From assembly GCA_030650395.1 (NCBI GenBank), contig JAUSDY010000171.1, forward strand, positions 6,554-70,553: DNA of 64,000 nt, given 5' to 3'. The position numbers and the translations under genes are program-made. Source of the stretch: Acidobacteriota bacterium. Its GTDB lineage: Bacteria; Acidobacteriota; Vicinamibacteria; Vicinamibacterales; UBA2999. Positions 54,784-62,845 of this stretch are shown here, one piece after another (the first letter of the stretch is position 1; each line of letters begins with the position of its first letter). Below the pieces are notes generated by a model, which had not been told where the DNA came from, did no database searches, and saw only the letters and a list, made by a program, of their open reading frames with translations.

Positions 54784-54868
54784 AGGGGTCAGACCGGGGC
54801 CCCCGCCACGCGGACTTTGCGTGGTGGGGTGGAGACCCCTCGGCACTTCTTGCTCGGGGTCAGACCCC
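54784..54868. repeat. spacer with the 41-nt CCACCACGCG hairpin element flanked by GGGGTCAGACC(CC) palindromes
   Basis: aggggtc...gacccct outer pairing. The core 54794-54834 is 39/41 identical to 47198-47238. A perfect palindrome ggggtcagacccc (54856-68) lies 1 nt before the tlyA GTG. Confidence 0.85.
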
Positions 54869-54869
54869 T

Positions 54870-55619
54870 GTGAAGAAGCGCCAGCGGCTCGATGCGCTGC
54901 TCGTCGAGCGAGGCCTGGTTGAGTCGCGTGTCAAGGCGCGCGCGCTCATTCTCGCGGGACAAGTCGACGTTGGCGGGCACGGCGCCGAGAAGGCCGGCAC
55001 GATGGTGCCGAACGACGCCGAGGTGAAGGTGCTCGGCCCCGATCACCCCTGGGTCAGCCGCGGCGGCATCAAGCTCGCCTTTGCGCTCGACGCGTTTCAG
55101 ATCAGCGCGGCGGGGGCGTTCGTGCTGGACGTGGGCGCGTCGACGGGCGGGTTCACCGATGTGTGGCTGCACCGCGGGGCGCGCCAGGTCATCGCCCTCG
55201 ACGTCGGGCACGGCCAGCTGCATTGGCAGATCCGCAGCGACCCGCGCGTGACGGTGATCGAACACTTCAACGCGCGTTACTTGAAGTCCGGCGATCTACC
55301 CGAGACCGACGCCCCGATCACGCGCGTCAGCATCGACGTGTCGTTCATTTCGCTCCGCCACATTTTCCCGGTGTTGCCCGCGATCGTCGCGTCGGGCAGC
55401 GAGATCGTCGCGCTCGTCAAGCCCCAGTTCGAGGCCGGCCGCGCCGAGGTCGGCAAGGGCGGGCTGGTGAAGGATCCCAAAGTGCATGACCGTGTGGTCC
55501 GCGACGTCGAGGCCGCCGCCGCTGAAGTAGGATTGAGCCGCGTTGGCCTGGTGGAGTCGCCCATCACCGGCGCACACGGGAACCAGGAATTCCTGATGCA
55601 CCTCAGAGTGCAGAGTTAA
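54870..55619 (+). CDS. tlyA: TlyA-family rRNA (cytidine-2'-O)-methyltransferase
   Basis: N-terminal S4 domain (RLDALLVERGLVESRVKARALI) and FtsJ-like SAM motif (LDVGASTGGFTDV). Confidence 0.85.
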   Translation: MKKRQRLDALLVERGLVESRVKARALILAGQVDVGGHGAEKAGTMVPNDAEVKVLGPDHPWVSRGGIKLAFALDAFQISAAGAFVLDVGASTGGFTDVWLHRGARQVIALDVGHGQLHWQIRSDPRVTVIEHFNARYLKSGDLPETDAPITRVSIDVSFISLRHIFPVLPAIVASGSEIVALVKPQFEAGRAEVGKGGLVKDPKVHDRVVRDVEAAAAEVGLSRVGLVESPITGAHGNQEFLMHLRVQS

Positions 55620-55635
55620 GAGTGCAGAGTTAAGA
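55604..55635. repeat. heptamer-word array (CAGAGTG CAGAGTT AAGAGTG CAGAGTT AAGA) bridging tlyA and nadK
   Basis: Same word family as 47998-48116 and 63719-63790. It encodes the tlyA tail RVQS plus TAA and ends at the nadK ATG. Confidence 0.85.
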
Positions 55636-56502
55636 ATGCGGATAGGGATCGCGGTCAAGCCGGGACTCGCCGACGCCGCCGAAACGCTGGCGGGCATCGA
55701 GCTATGGCTGGCAAGCCACTCGGTTGGCTCGTCGTGGGAGCCGGCCGCCGCCGCACTGCTGCCGCCGGGCGAGCGGCGTGTCGTCGAGCGTGCCGACCTG
55801 CCGCGCGACGCCGACCTCGTGCTGGTGCTGGGCGGCGACGGCACGCTGCTGGCCCTCGCCAAGGCGATCGCCGAAACCAATCGCGACATCCCGATCCTGG
55901 CGGTCAATTTCGGATCGCTCGGGTTTCTCACCGAGATCACACGGCCGGAGATTTACTCGTCGCTCGATGCGGTGCTCGCCGGCACAGCCGAACATGACCA
56001 GCGCATGATGCTGCGGGCGGTCGCCAATCGCGCCGGCGCAGCGCCGTCGACGCATTGGGCGCTGAACGATATCGTGTTCACCCGCACGGCGCTCTCGCGC
56101 ATGATCGATCTCGCGATCTGGGTCGGCGATCAGTTCGTGGCGTCGGTCAAAGCCGATGGCTTGATCGTCGCCAGCCCGACCGGATCAACCGCCTACAATC
56201 TCGCCGCCGGCGGACCGATCGTGCACCCCGCGATGGATGCGCTGGTGTTGACCCCGATTGCGCCACACATGCTCACCAACCGTCCGATCGTGATTCCCGC
56301 GGAGCGTGACGTGCGCGTGCGATCGAATAGCGCCAACGCCGGCAACATCTACGTCACCTTCGACGGCCAATCCGGGTTCGAGATGCAGGAAGGCGACGAG
56401 ATTGCGATCGCGCGCGCACCCAAGCCGCTGCGGCTGGTGCGAAGCTCGTCGCGAAGCTATTTCGATGTGCTCCGCCAGAAGTTGAAGTGGAACGAGCGCT
56501 AG
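55636..56502 (+). CDS. nadK: NAD(+) kinase
   Basis: GGDGTLL motif and NadK C-terminal beta-sandwich blocks (DGLIVASPTGSTAYNLAAGGPIV). Confidence 0.9.
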   Translation: MRIGIAVKPGLADAAETLAGIELWLASHSVGSSWEPAAAALLPPGERRVVERADLPRDADLVLVLGGDGTLLALAKAIAETNRDIPILAVNFGSLGFLTEITRPEIYSSLDAVLAGTAEHDQRMMLRAVANRAGAAPSTHWALNDIVFTRTALSRMIDLAIWVGDQFVASVKADGLIVASPTGSTAYNLAAGGPIVHPAMDALVLTPIAPHMLTNRPIVIPAERDVRVRSNSANAGNIYVTFDGQSGFEMQEGDEIAIARAPKPLRLVRSSSRSYFDVLRQKLKWNER

Positions 56503-57557
56503 CGCTGGCGCTGCTTCCTGAAGTACTCGACCTGCCAGGTGAAGACGTTCTGATTGTGCTCCTCGAGCGTCGTCGCAAACGCGTGCGTGCCGTCGTTCTT
56601 GCTGACGAAATACACGTAATCAACCGGCGCCGGGCGCACCGCGGCCTGTAACGACGCCCGACCGGGTGAGGCGATCGGTCCGGGCGGCAAGCCCGGATAA
56701 CGATAGGTGTTGTAGGGCGAATCGAGCTGCAGGTCCTCGCGCCTCAGGTTGCCGTTGTATCTCCCGGCCTTCTGCAACGCGTAGATCACCGTCGGGTCCG
56801 CCTGCATCGCCATACCCATCGTCATGCGGTTGCGATACACCGCCGCGACGATGGGACGCTCGTCGGGCGTGCCCGTTTCTTTCTCGACCAGCGCCGCGAG
56901 CGTGACCACTTGACGCACCGTCAGGCCGTCGGCGGCTGCGGCAGCGCGCAGTTCGTCGTCGAACGCCTTCTTGAACCCCGTCACCATCGATCCCACGACG
57001 TCACGGGCCGACGTGCCGCGCGGCAAGGCGTAGGTCTCGGGAAATAAATAGCCTTCGAGATCGCGCGCGGCCGGGTCGAGATCGCGGATCGCAGCCGGAT
57101 CGGACGCCGCCTGGACGAATTCGGCTGCCGAGCCAAATCCTTTTTGCTCGAAGACGGCGGCCATCTCGGCAATCGTGAGGCCTTCACGAAACGTCAGCAA
57201 GCGCCGGTAGATGTCGCCACGCCTGATCTTGTCAATGACCTCGAGCGCGTCGATGGGCTTGTCATAACGATACTCACCAGCCTTGAGCTCGCGGGCCCGC
57301 CCGCTGATCAAGACCGCGGCGCGAAACGTCCACGGATCGCGGACGATGCCGGCGTCGACCAGGCGCTGGCCGATGCCGACCGGGCCGGTGCCGTTTGGAA
57401 TGTCGACGAACTGCTCGGCGCCCGTGTATCCCCGATACGGCTCGTTCACCCGAGAGTAGATCCACCAGCCCGCCGCCCCGAACACCACGAGCGCCAACAC
57501 CAGCAGCAGCGCCAGTCGCTTCAACCATCGCACCCTTCGACTCGGATGGCTCGTCAT
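56499..57557 (-). CDS. mltG: endolytic murein transglycosylase MltG (YceG-like)
   Basis: N-terminal TM anchor and YceG domain (LDSPYNTYRYPGLPPGPIASPG). ATG 57557 overlaps the ruvX stop. Confidence 0.85.
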   Translation of the reverse strand: MTSHPSRRVRWLKRLALLLVLALVVFGAAGWWIYSRVNEPYRGYTGAEQFVDIPNGTGPVGIGQRLVDAGIVRDPWTFRAAVLISGRARELKAGEYRYDKPIDALEVIDKIRRGDIYRRLLTFREGLTIAEMAAVFEQKGFGSAAEFVQAASDPAAIRDLDPAARDLEGYLFPETYALPRGTSARDVVGSMVTGFKKAFDDELRAAAAADGLTVRQVVTLAALVEKETGTPDERPIVAAVYRNRMTMGMAMQADPTVIYALQKAGRYNGNLRREDLQLDSPYNTYRYPGLPPGPIASPGRASLQAAVRPAPVDYVYFVSKNDGTHAFATTLEEHNQNVFTWQVEYFRKQRQR

Positions 57558-58009
57558 GCCGAGCCATCCTCGCTCAGGGCGGGCTTTCGCCCGTCCAGAT
57601 AGTCCTGCAGGATGACGGCCGCGGCGGCGGCGTCGAGCTTCTTCTTCCGCTTGCGCCAGTCGGGCTCGCGCCTCGCGAGGCGTGCCTCGGCCTCGTGGCT
57701 CGACAATCGTTCGTCCTGCAGAATCACGGGCACCGGCACCTGCGCTTCCAGCGCGCGCGCGAAAGTTTCCACAATGGGGGTTTGATCGTTCGGCGTGCCG
57801 TCGAGGCGTCGCGGCCAGCCCACCACCACCGCCTCGAGCCCCTCGTCTGCCTTGGCGAGCGCCGCAATCTCCGCCACTACGAGGCGCATCGTTTCCGCGT
57901 CGGAGGGCGGCTTCTGCAGCAGCCGCCACGGCGAGGCCAGCGTGGCGGTGGCGTCGCTCAGCGCCAGGCCGATGCGCCGCGCGCCGTAATCGATCCCAAG
58001 CACTCGCAC
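57554..58009 (-). CDS. ruvX: Holliday-junction resolvase-like / pre-16S rRNA nuclease YqgF
   Basis: VLGIDYGARRIGLALSD signature. GTG 58009 gives 151 aa; the ORF extends to 58111. Confidence 0.8.
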   Translation of the reverse strand: MRVLGIDYGARRIGLALSDATATLASPWRLLQKPPSDAETMRLVVAEIAALAKADEGLEAVVVGWPRRLDGTPNDQTPIVETFARALEAQVPVPVILQDERLSSHEAEARLARREPDWRKRKKKLDAAAAAVILQDYLDGRKPALSEDGSA

Positions 58010-58033
58010 AGCGGCCAGTATAATTCGTGAATC

Positions 58034-59173
58034 GTGCGCAAGCGGTTCGGCGCGATCGTGTTCGCGATCATCCTGCTCGGTGTCAGTCCGGCCGGGCAGG
58101 CCCCTGATCAAAATGCCAAGGCGCTGGCCGCGAGAGCCGCGGCGCGCATTCGCTCGCTGCAGGCCGAGGCCGATCGCCTCGCCGCCGAGGCCCGAACGGT
58201 GTTCGGCGATCTGCGCAGACTCGAAATCGATCGCGCGATCAAACGGGAAGCGCTGGCCCGGATTGAAGCGGCGCTGCAGCAGAACACCCTGGCGGGCGAC
58301 GCCGCCGCGGCGAGTGTGAAGGCGCTCGAGGCGACGCGCGTCGCGCAGATCCCCGGCGTGGCCAGCCGGCTGGTCGAGATTTCCAAGCGCGGCCGCGGTG
58401 GCTATCTGCAGTTGTTGCTCGCGTCAGACGATGTGAGGGCGTTCGGCAGGCTGAGCCGCGGTGTCGCGGCGGTGGCGGAGCTCGACCGCGTGCGGCTCGA
58501 AACGCATCGCCGCACGCTTGCGGCCAAGCGCACGGCGGTAGCCGGCCTCACCAAGAGACGCGCGGCGATCGCGGCAGCGCAAAAAGAAGCCGCAGCGGCG
58601 CGGATGGCGCTCGAGGCGGCCATGGCCGCGCGCAACCGGGCGATTGACGATCTCGATCGGCGGCGCGACCTGACGGCCGAATACGTGAGCGAGCTGCAAA
58701 ACGCCCAGTTGGCGCTCGCGCGCACGATTTCCACCGCGGGAACGTCTTCGACAGCGGCGGCTCTTCCGATCCGCCCGTTCCGCGGCGACCTCGAATGGCC
58801 GGTGACGGGCACAGTGGTGACCGGCTTCGGCCGCGCGCTCGCAGGCCGTTTTGGCACGTCGATCGTCCGAAATGGTATCGAGATTGCGGCGCCGGAAGGC
58901 ACATCGGTGCGGGCGGTGCACGGCGGCACCGTCGCATATGCGGCGCCGTTCACCGGATTCGGCGTGCTCGCGATCGTCGATCATGGCGGCTCGGCCTTCA
59001 CGCTCTACGGACACCTGTCGGAGGTATCGGTCGCGCAAGGGGCGGCGCTGCAGCGCGGTGCCGAGGTCGGAAAAGTCGGGCTGGTGCCCGCCGGCGACGC
59101 GGGGCTGTACTTCGAGCTGCGCATCGACGGGCGCCCGGTCGATCCCGTACAATGGCTGAGGAGATCACGATGA
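58034..59173 (+). CDS. EnvC-like murein hydrolase activator (coiled coil + M23/LytM domain)
   Basis: Long Ala/Arg/Glu-rich coiled-coil N-half and C-terminal LytM domain (GIEIAAPEGTSVRAVHGGTVAYA...DHGGSAFTLYGHL). Confidence 0.8.
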   Translation: MRKRFGAIVFAIILLGVSPAGQAPDQNAKALAARAAARIRSLQAEADRLAAEARTVFGDLRRLEIDRAIKREALARIEAALQQNTLAGDAAAASVKALEATRVAQIPGVASRLVEISKRGRGGYLQLLLASDDVRAFGRLSRGVAAVAELDRVRLETHRRTLAAKRTAVAGLTKRRAAIAAAQKEAAAARMALEAAMAARNRAIDDLDRRRDLTAEYVSELQNAQLALARTISTAGTSSTAAALPIRPFRGDLEWPVTGTVVTGFGRALAGRFGTSIVRNGIEIAAPEGTSVRAVHGGTVAYAAPFTGFGVLAIVDHGGSAFTLYGHLSEVSVAQGAALQRGAEVGKVGLVPAGDAGLYFELRIDGRPVDPVQWLRRSR

Positions 59174-60336
59174 AAGTTCGCGGCCGGGTCCTCGTTCTCG
59201 CGGTGTCGATTCCCGTCATTGCCTTCGCCGTCATCGGCGGATTCATGGGCAAGGCCATGGCGCGCGAAGACAGCTATCAATACCTCCGCATCTTCGAGGA
59301 CGTTGTCAGCCTCATCGTGCAAAATTATGTCGAAGAGGTGAACGTCGACAAAGTGATGCATGGCGCCATGCACGGCCTGGCCGACGGGCTCGACCCCGAC
59401 AGCGCCTACCTGGATGCGGCGCAGGTAAGAACCCTCGACAAGGGCGAGGCCGTTGGCACGGCCCAGACCGGACTCGAGATTACGCGGCAGTACTACCTGC
59501 GCGTGATCGCGGCGCGCGACGGATCGCCGGCGGCCCGCGCCGGCCTGCTGCCCGGCGATTACATCCGCGCGATCGACGGGCAGTCGACGCGCGACGCCAC
59601 GGTCTACGAAGGACAGCGATTGCTGCGCGGCAAGGCGGGGTCGAAGGTCCGGCTGACGGTGCTGCGCGGCAACGCCGCCGAGCCGCACGACCTCGAGCTC
59701 ACGCGCGAAGAGCTGCCCGCGGCTCCGGTCAAAGGCCGTATTGCGGCGCCGGGCATCGGCTATCTGCGCGTCGCCGAGTTTGGCAAGACCACGACGGATC
59801 AGATGAAGAGCGAGATTGCGTCGCTCTCGAAGGCTGGGGCCAAACAGCTCGTAATCGATCTGCGGGGCACCGCGTTTGGCGACGCTGAGCTGGGCCTCGG
59901 CGCGGCGAAACTGTTCGTGAAGAGCGGCGTGCTGGTTTACCGGCAGGATCGCGGCAGGGAAAAAGAAGCGGTGTCGGCGTCGGCCGGCGACGGCGGCGTG
60001 ACGCTTCCGGTGGCGCTGTTGACCGACAACGGCACGTCGAGCGCCGCGGAAGTGTTCGCGGCAGCGCTGTCGGGCAACAAGCGCGCGTCGCTCGTCGGCG
60101 AGCGCACGCTGGGCCGCGCCGCCAGGCAGAAGCTGGTGCGCCTGCCCGACGGCAGTGCCCTCATGCTCACGCACCTGATCTACCTCACGCCGGCCAGCGT
60201 GGCGATTCACGAGAAGGGCTTGATTCCGGACATCGGCGTCGAGCAGCCTGACGTCGAGTTCGGACAGGCGCCGGCCGCGAAAGACCCGACGCTCGAAAAG
60301 GCCATCGAGTCGTTCGCGCAGAAGGCCGCCGCCTGA
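59170..60336 (+). CDS. S41 family C-terminal processing peptidase
   Basis: PDZ domain (GSPAARAGLLPGDYIRAIDG) and S41 catalytic region (NGTSSAAEVFAAAL...GERTLGRA). ATG 59170 overlaps the upstream stop. Confidence 0.85.
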   Translation: MKVRGRVLVLAVSIPVIAFAVIGGFMGKAMAREDSYQYLRIFEDVVSLIVQNYVEEVNVDKVMHGAMHGLADGLDPDSAYLDAAQVRTLDKGEAVGTAQTGLEITRQYYLRVIAARDGSPAARAGLLPGDYIRAIDGQSTRDATVYEGQRLLRGKAGSKVRLTVLRGNAAEPHDLELTREELPAAPVKGRIAAPGIGYLRVAEFGKTTTDQMKSEIASLSKAGAKQLVIDLRGTAFGDAELGLGAAKLFVKSGVLVYRQDRGREKEAVSASAGDGGVTLPVALLTDNGTSSAAEVFAAALSGNKRASLVGERTLGRAARQKLVRLPDGSALMLTHLIYLTPASVAIHEKGLIPDIGVEQPDVEFGQAPAAKDPTLEKAIESFAQKAAA

Positions 60337-60608
60337 TGAACAAGCAGGACCTGATCGCGAAGATCGTGAAAGAGACCGGCGCCAGCAAGGCGCACGCTTC
60401 GCGAATCGTCACCGTCCTGCTCGCCGCGGTGACCAAGGCCCTCAAGAAGGGCGAGCCGGTGACCTTCGTCGGCTTCGGCACCTTCAAGACCGCCATCCGG
60501 AAGGCGCGCCAGGGGCGCAACCCGCTGACGGGCGGCGCCATCAGGATCCCCAAGCGCAAGACCGTCCGCTTCTCTGCGGGCAAGGCCCTCAAGAAAGCGG
60601 TCAACTGA
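60336..60608 (+). CDS. hup: HU family DNA-binding protein
   Basis: MNKQDLIAKIVKETG...FVGFGTFKTAIRKARQGRNPLTG is the canonical HU/IHF fold. 90 aa. Confidence 0.9.
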   Translation: MNKQDLIAKIVKETGASKAHASRIVTVLLAAVTKALKKGEPVTFVGFGTFKTAIRKARQGRNPLTGGAIRIPKRKTVRFSAGKALKKAVN

Positions 60609-60609
60609 C

Positions 60610-60635
60610 AGGCGGGTCTAAAGACCCGCCTCTAC
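60610..60635 (-). repeat. GTAG-headed stem-loop (REP-like) immediately after hup; possible terminator
   Basis: aggcgggtc-taaa-gacccgcct-ctac (inverted orientation), followed 7 nt later by ttttt. Confidence 0.85.
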
Positions 60636-60678
60636 TGCTATACTTTTTGTTCGGCTTTGAGCCGAAATCGCACGAGAT

Positions 60679-60755
60679 AGGCGCGTAGCTCAGCTGGTTA
60701 GAGCGCCTCCCTGACACGGAGGAGGTCGATAGTTCGAATCTATTCGCGCCTACCA
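60679..60755 (+). tRNA. tRNA-Val (anticodon GAC)
   Basis: Cloverleaf read by hand. Acceptor aggcgcg/cgcgcct, D-arm gctc-agctggtta-gagc, anticodon arm cctcc-ctGACac-ggagg, T-arm gatag-ttcgaat-ctatt, encoded CCA. Confidence 0.9.
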
Positions 60756-60803
60756 TTCGACTCACCTGCGTTCCGCCTTCGGCGAACCGCAGGTTCGCTC
60801 ATG
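60756..60803 (-). repeat. flank-conserved/variable-stem element (inverted orientation) abutting the tRNA 3' end
   Basis: Reverse complement reads ccatgagcgaac + ctgcggttcgcc-gaag-gcggaacgcag + gtgagtcgaa. Confidence 0.8.
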
Positions 60804-60825
60804 GCGGGCCCTGTAGGTCGAATGT

Positions 60826-60873
60826 CCTGAGCGAGCGGTTTGGTCACGGAGTGACCAAAATGCGAGTCGAAGG
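60826..60873 (+). repeat. flank-conserved/variable-stem element in the thrS leader
   Basis: cctgagcgagcg + g-tttggtcac-gga-gtgaccaaa-at + gcgagtcgaagg. Confidence 0.85.
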
Positions 60874-60888
60874 ACCGCGCCATCACTC

Positions 60889-62823
60889 ATGAGTCAAGTC
60901 ACAGTTACGCTTCCCGACGGATCGACGAAACAAGTCGAGTTCGGCGCGCCCGTCAGGGCTGTCGCCGAGGCGATCTCGCCACGCCTGGCCGATGCGGCCC
61001 TCGCCGCCTTCGTCGACGACAAGATGGTGGACCTGTCGCATCCGCTCACCAAGGACGCATCGGTGCGGATCGTCACCAACAAGTCACCGGAAGCCCTCGA
61101 GCTCTATCGCCACTCGACGGCGCACTTACTGGCCGCGGCGGTCACGACGCTGTTCCCGGGTACGCAGTGCGGCGTCGGCCCGCCGATCGATGACGGCTTC
61201 TTCTACGACTTCGTCGTCGAGCGCCCGTTCGTGCCCGAGGATCTCGAAGCCATCGAAAAGAAGATGCGGGAGCTCGCATCGCAGGACCTGGTGTTCGAGC
61301 GCCAGCTGTGGCCGCGGCAGGAAGCGATCGACTTCTTCAAGAAGCGCGGCGAGCCGCTCAAGGTCCAGTTGATCGAAGAGAAGACCGCCGGCCAGCCGGA
61401 AGTGTCGGTCTACACGATCAAAGACAAAGACACCTTCCTGGATTTTTGCGTCGGTCCGCATGTGCCGGCGACGTCGAAGCTGAAGGCGTTCAAGCTGACA
61501 ACGACGTCGAATGCGTACTGGAAAGGCGATGCGAAGAACCAGCCGATGCAGCGCGTCTACGGCACGGCGTTCTTCACGCAGAAGGAGCTCGACGAGCACG
61601 TGACGCGGCTCGAGGAAGCGAAGAAACGCGATCACCGCAAGGTCGGCAAGGAGCTCGGTCTCTTTACCTTCCATCCCTGGGCGCCCGGCGCGGGCTTCTG
61701 GCTGGGCAAGGGCACGACCCTGTACAACACGCTCGCCGACTACATGCGCGGCCGCCTCTTCCCCGCCGGCTACGACGAGGTCAAGACGCCGATCATCTAC
61801 AACAAGGCGCTGTGGGAGCTCTCGGGCCACTGGTCGCATTACCGCGAGAACATGTTTCTGGTGAAGTCGGCCGACGGCGAGGAGATGGGCCTCAAGGCGA
61901 TGAACTGCCCCGGGCACTACCTGCTGTTCTCGAGCGACAAGCACAGCTACAAGGAGATGCCGATCCGGTATCACGAGCAGACGCCGCTGCACCGCAACGA
62001 AGCGTCGGGCGTGCTCGGCGGGCTGACGCGCGTCCGCCAGTTTTCGCAGGACGATGCGCATTGCTTCGTGATGGAGGAGCAGATCGCCAGCGAGGTCGAG
62101 GCGTTGCTGCGGTTGATTCAGGGCATCTACGGCGACTTCGGCCTGAGCTACACGGCAAAGCTGTCGACGCGGCCGGAGAAATTCATCGGCGAGATCCCGC
62201 TGTGGGATCGGGCCGAGGGCGCACTCAAAGAGGCGCTCGAAAAGGCCGGGCAGGCGTATTCGATCAACGCCGGCGATGGCGCGTTCTACGGGCCGAAGAT
62301 CGATTTCGACATCACCGATGCGATCGGCCGCAAGTGGCAGTGCGGCACGATCCAGTTGGACTACGTGGCGCCCGAGCGGTTCGACCTCACATATGTCGGG
62401 GCGGACAACGCCGAGCATCGCCCGGTCGTGATCCATCGGGCCATCTTCGGCAGCTTCGAGCGGTTCATCGCGATCCTGATCGAACACTTTGCCGGCGCCT
62501 TCCCCCTTTGGCTCGCGCCCCTGCAGGCCATCGTCCTGCCCATCGCCGACCGGCACCAGGACTACGCCCGCGAGGTAGTCGAGACGCTGAAGGCCGCTGG
62601 GCTCAAGGCCCAGGTCGACGATCGCCAGGAAAAGGTGAATTACAAGATTCGCGAGGCCCAACTGCAGAAAATCCCCTACATGCTGGTGGTGGGCGACCGG
62701 GAAGCCGCCGACCGGGCGGTGGCCGTCCGCAGCCGCGCCAAGGGGGATTTGGGCGCCCGGCCGCTCGACCAGTTCGTCGCCGACGCGCTTGCCGAGATCC
62801 GGTCTAAAGCGTTATCCTTGTAA
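60889..62823 (+). CDS. thrS: threonine--tRNA ligase
   Basis: TGS domain, editing-domain HxxxH (HSTAHLLA), class II catalytic motifs and anticodon-binding domain. 644 aa. Confidence 0.95.
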   Translation: MSQVTVTLPDGSTKQVEFGAPVRAVAEAISPRLADAALAAFVDDKMVDLSHPLTKDASVRIVTNKSPEALELYRHSTAHLLAAAVTTLFPGTQCGVGPPIDDGFFYDFVVERPFVPEDLEAIEKKMRELASQDLVFERQLWPRQEAIDFFKKRGEPLKVQLIEEKTAGQPEVSVYTIKDKDTFLDFCVGPHVPATSKLKAFKLTTTSNAYWKGDAKNQPMQRVYGTAFFTQKELDEHVTRLEEAKKRDHRKVGKELGLFTFHPWAPGAGFWLGKGTTLYNTLADYMRGRLFPAGYDEVKTPIIYNKALWELSGHWSHYRENMFLVKSADGEEMGLKAMNCPGHYLLFSSDKHSYKEMPIRYHEQTPLHRNEASGVLGGLTRVRQFSQDDAHCFVMEEQIASEVEALLRLIQGIYGDFGLSYTAKLSTRPEKFIGEIPLWDRAEGALKEALEKAGQAYSINAGDGAFYGPKIDFDITDAIGRKWQCGTIQLDYVAPERFDLTYVGADNAEHRPVVIHRAIFGSFERFIAILIEHFAGAFPLWLAPLQAIVLPIADRHQDYAREVVETLKAAGLKAQVDDRQEKVNYKIREAQLQKIPYMLVVGDREAADRAVAVRSRAKGDLGARPLDQFVADALAEIRSKALSL

Positions 62824-62845
62824 TCTTTGTCGCTGGAGGAACCTT

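Noticed and set aside
60650-60666. Small hairpin ttcggc-tttga-gccgaa upstream of tRNA-Val as a separate regulatory element
   Set aside because: It has only a 6-bp stem, does not recur elsewhere in the window and has no recognisable promoter consensus. It is noted but not called.
62789-62845. ATG 62789 as the infC start
   Set aside because: It lies inside the thrS coding region without a ribosome-binding site and adds a Cys/Arg-rich extension not seen in IF3. The SD-preceded ATC 62846 fits better, though this is unproven.
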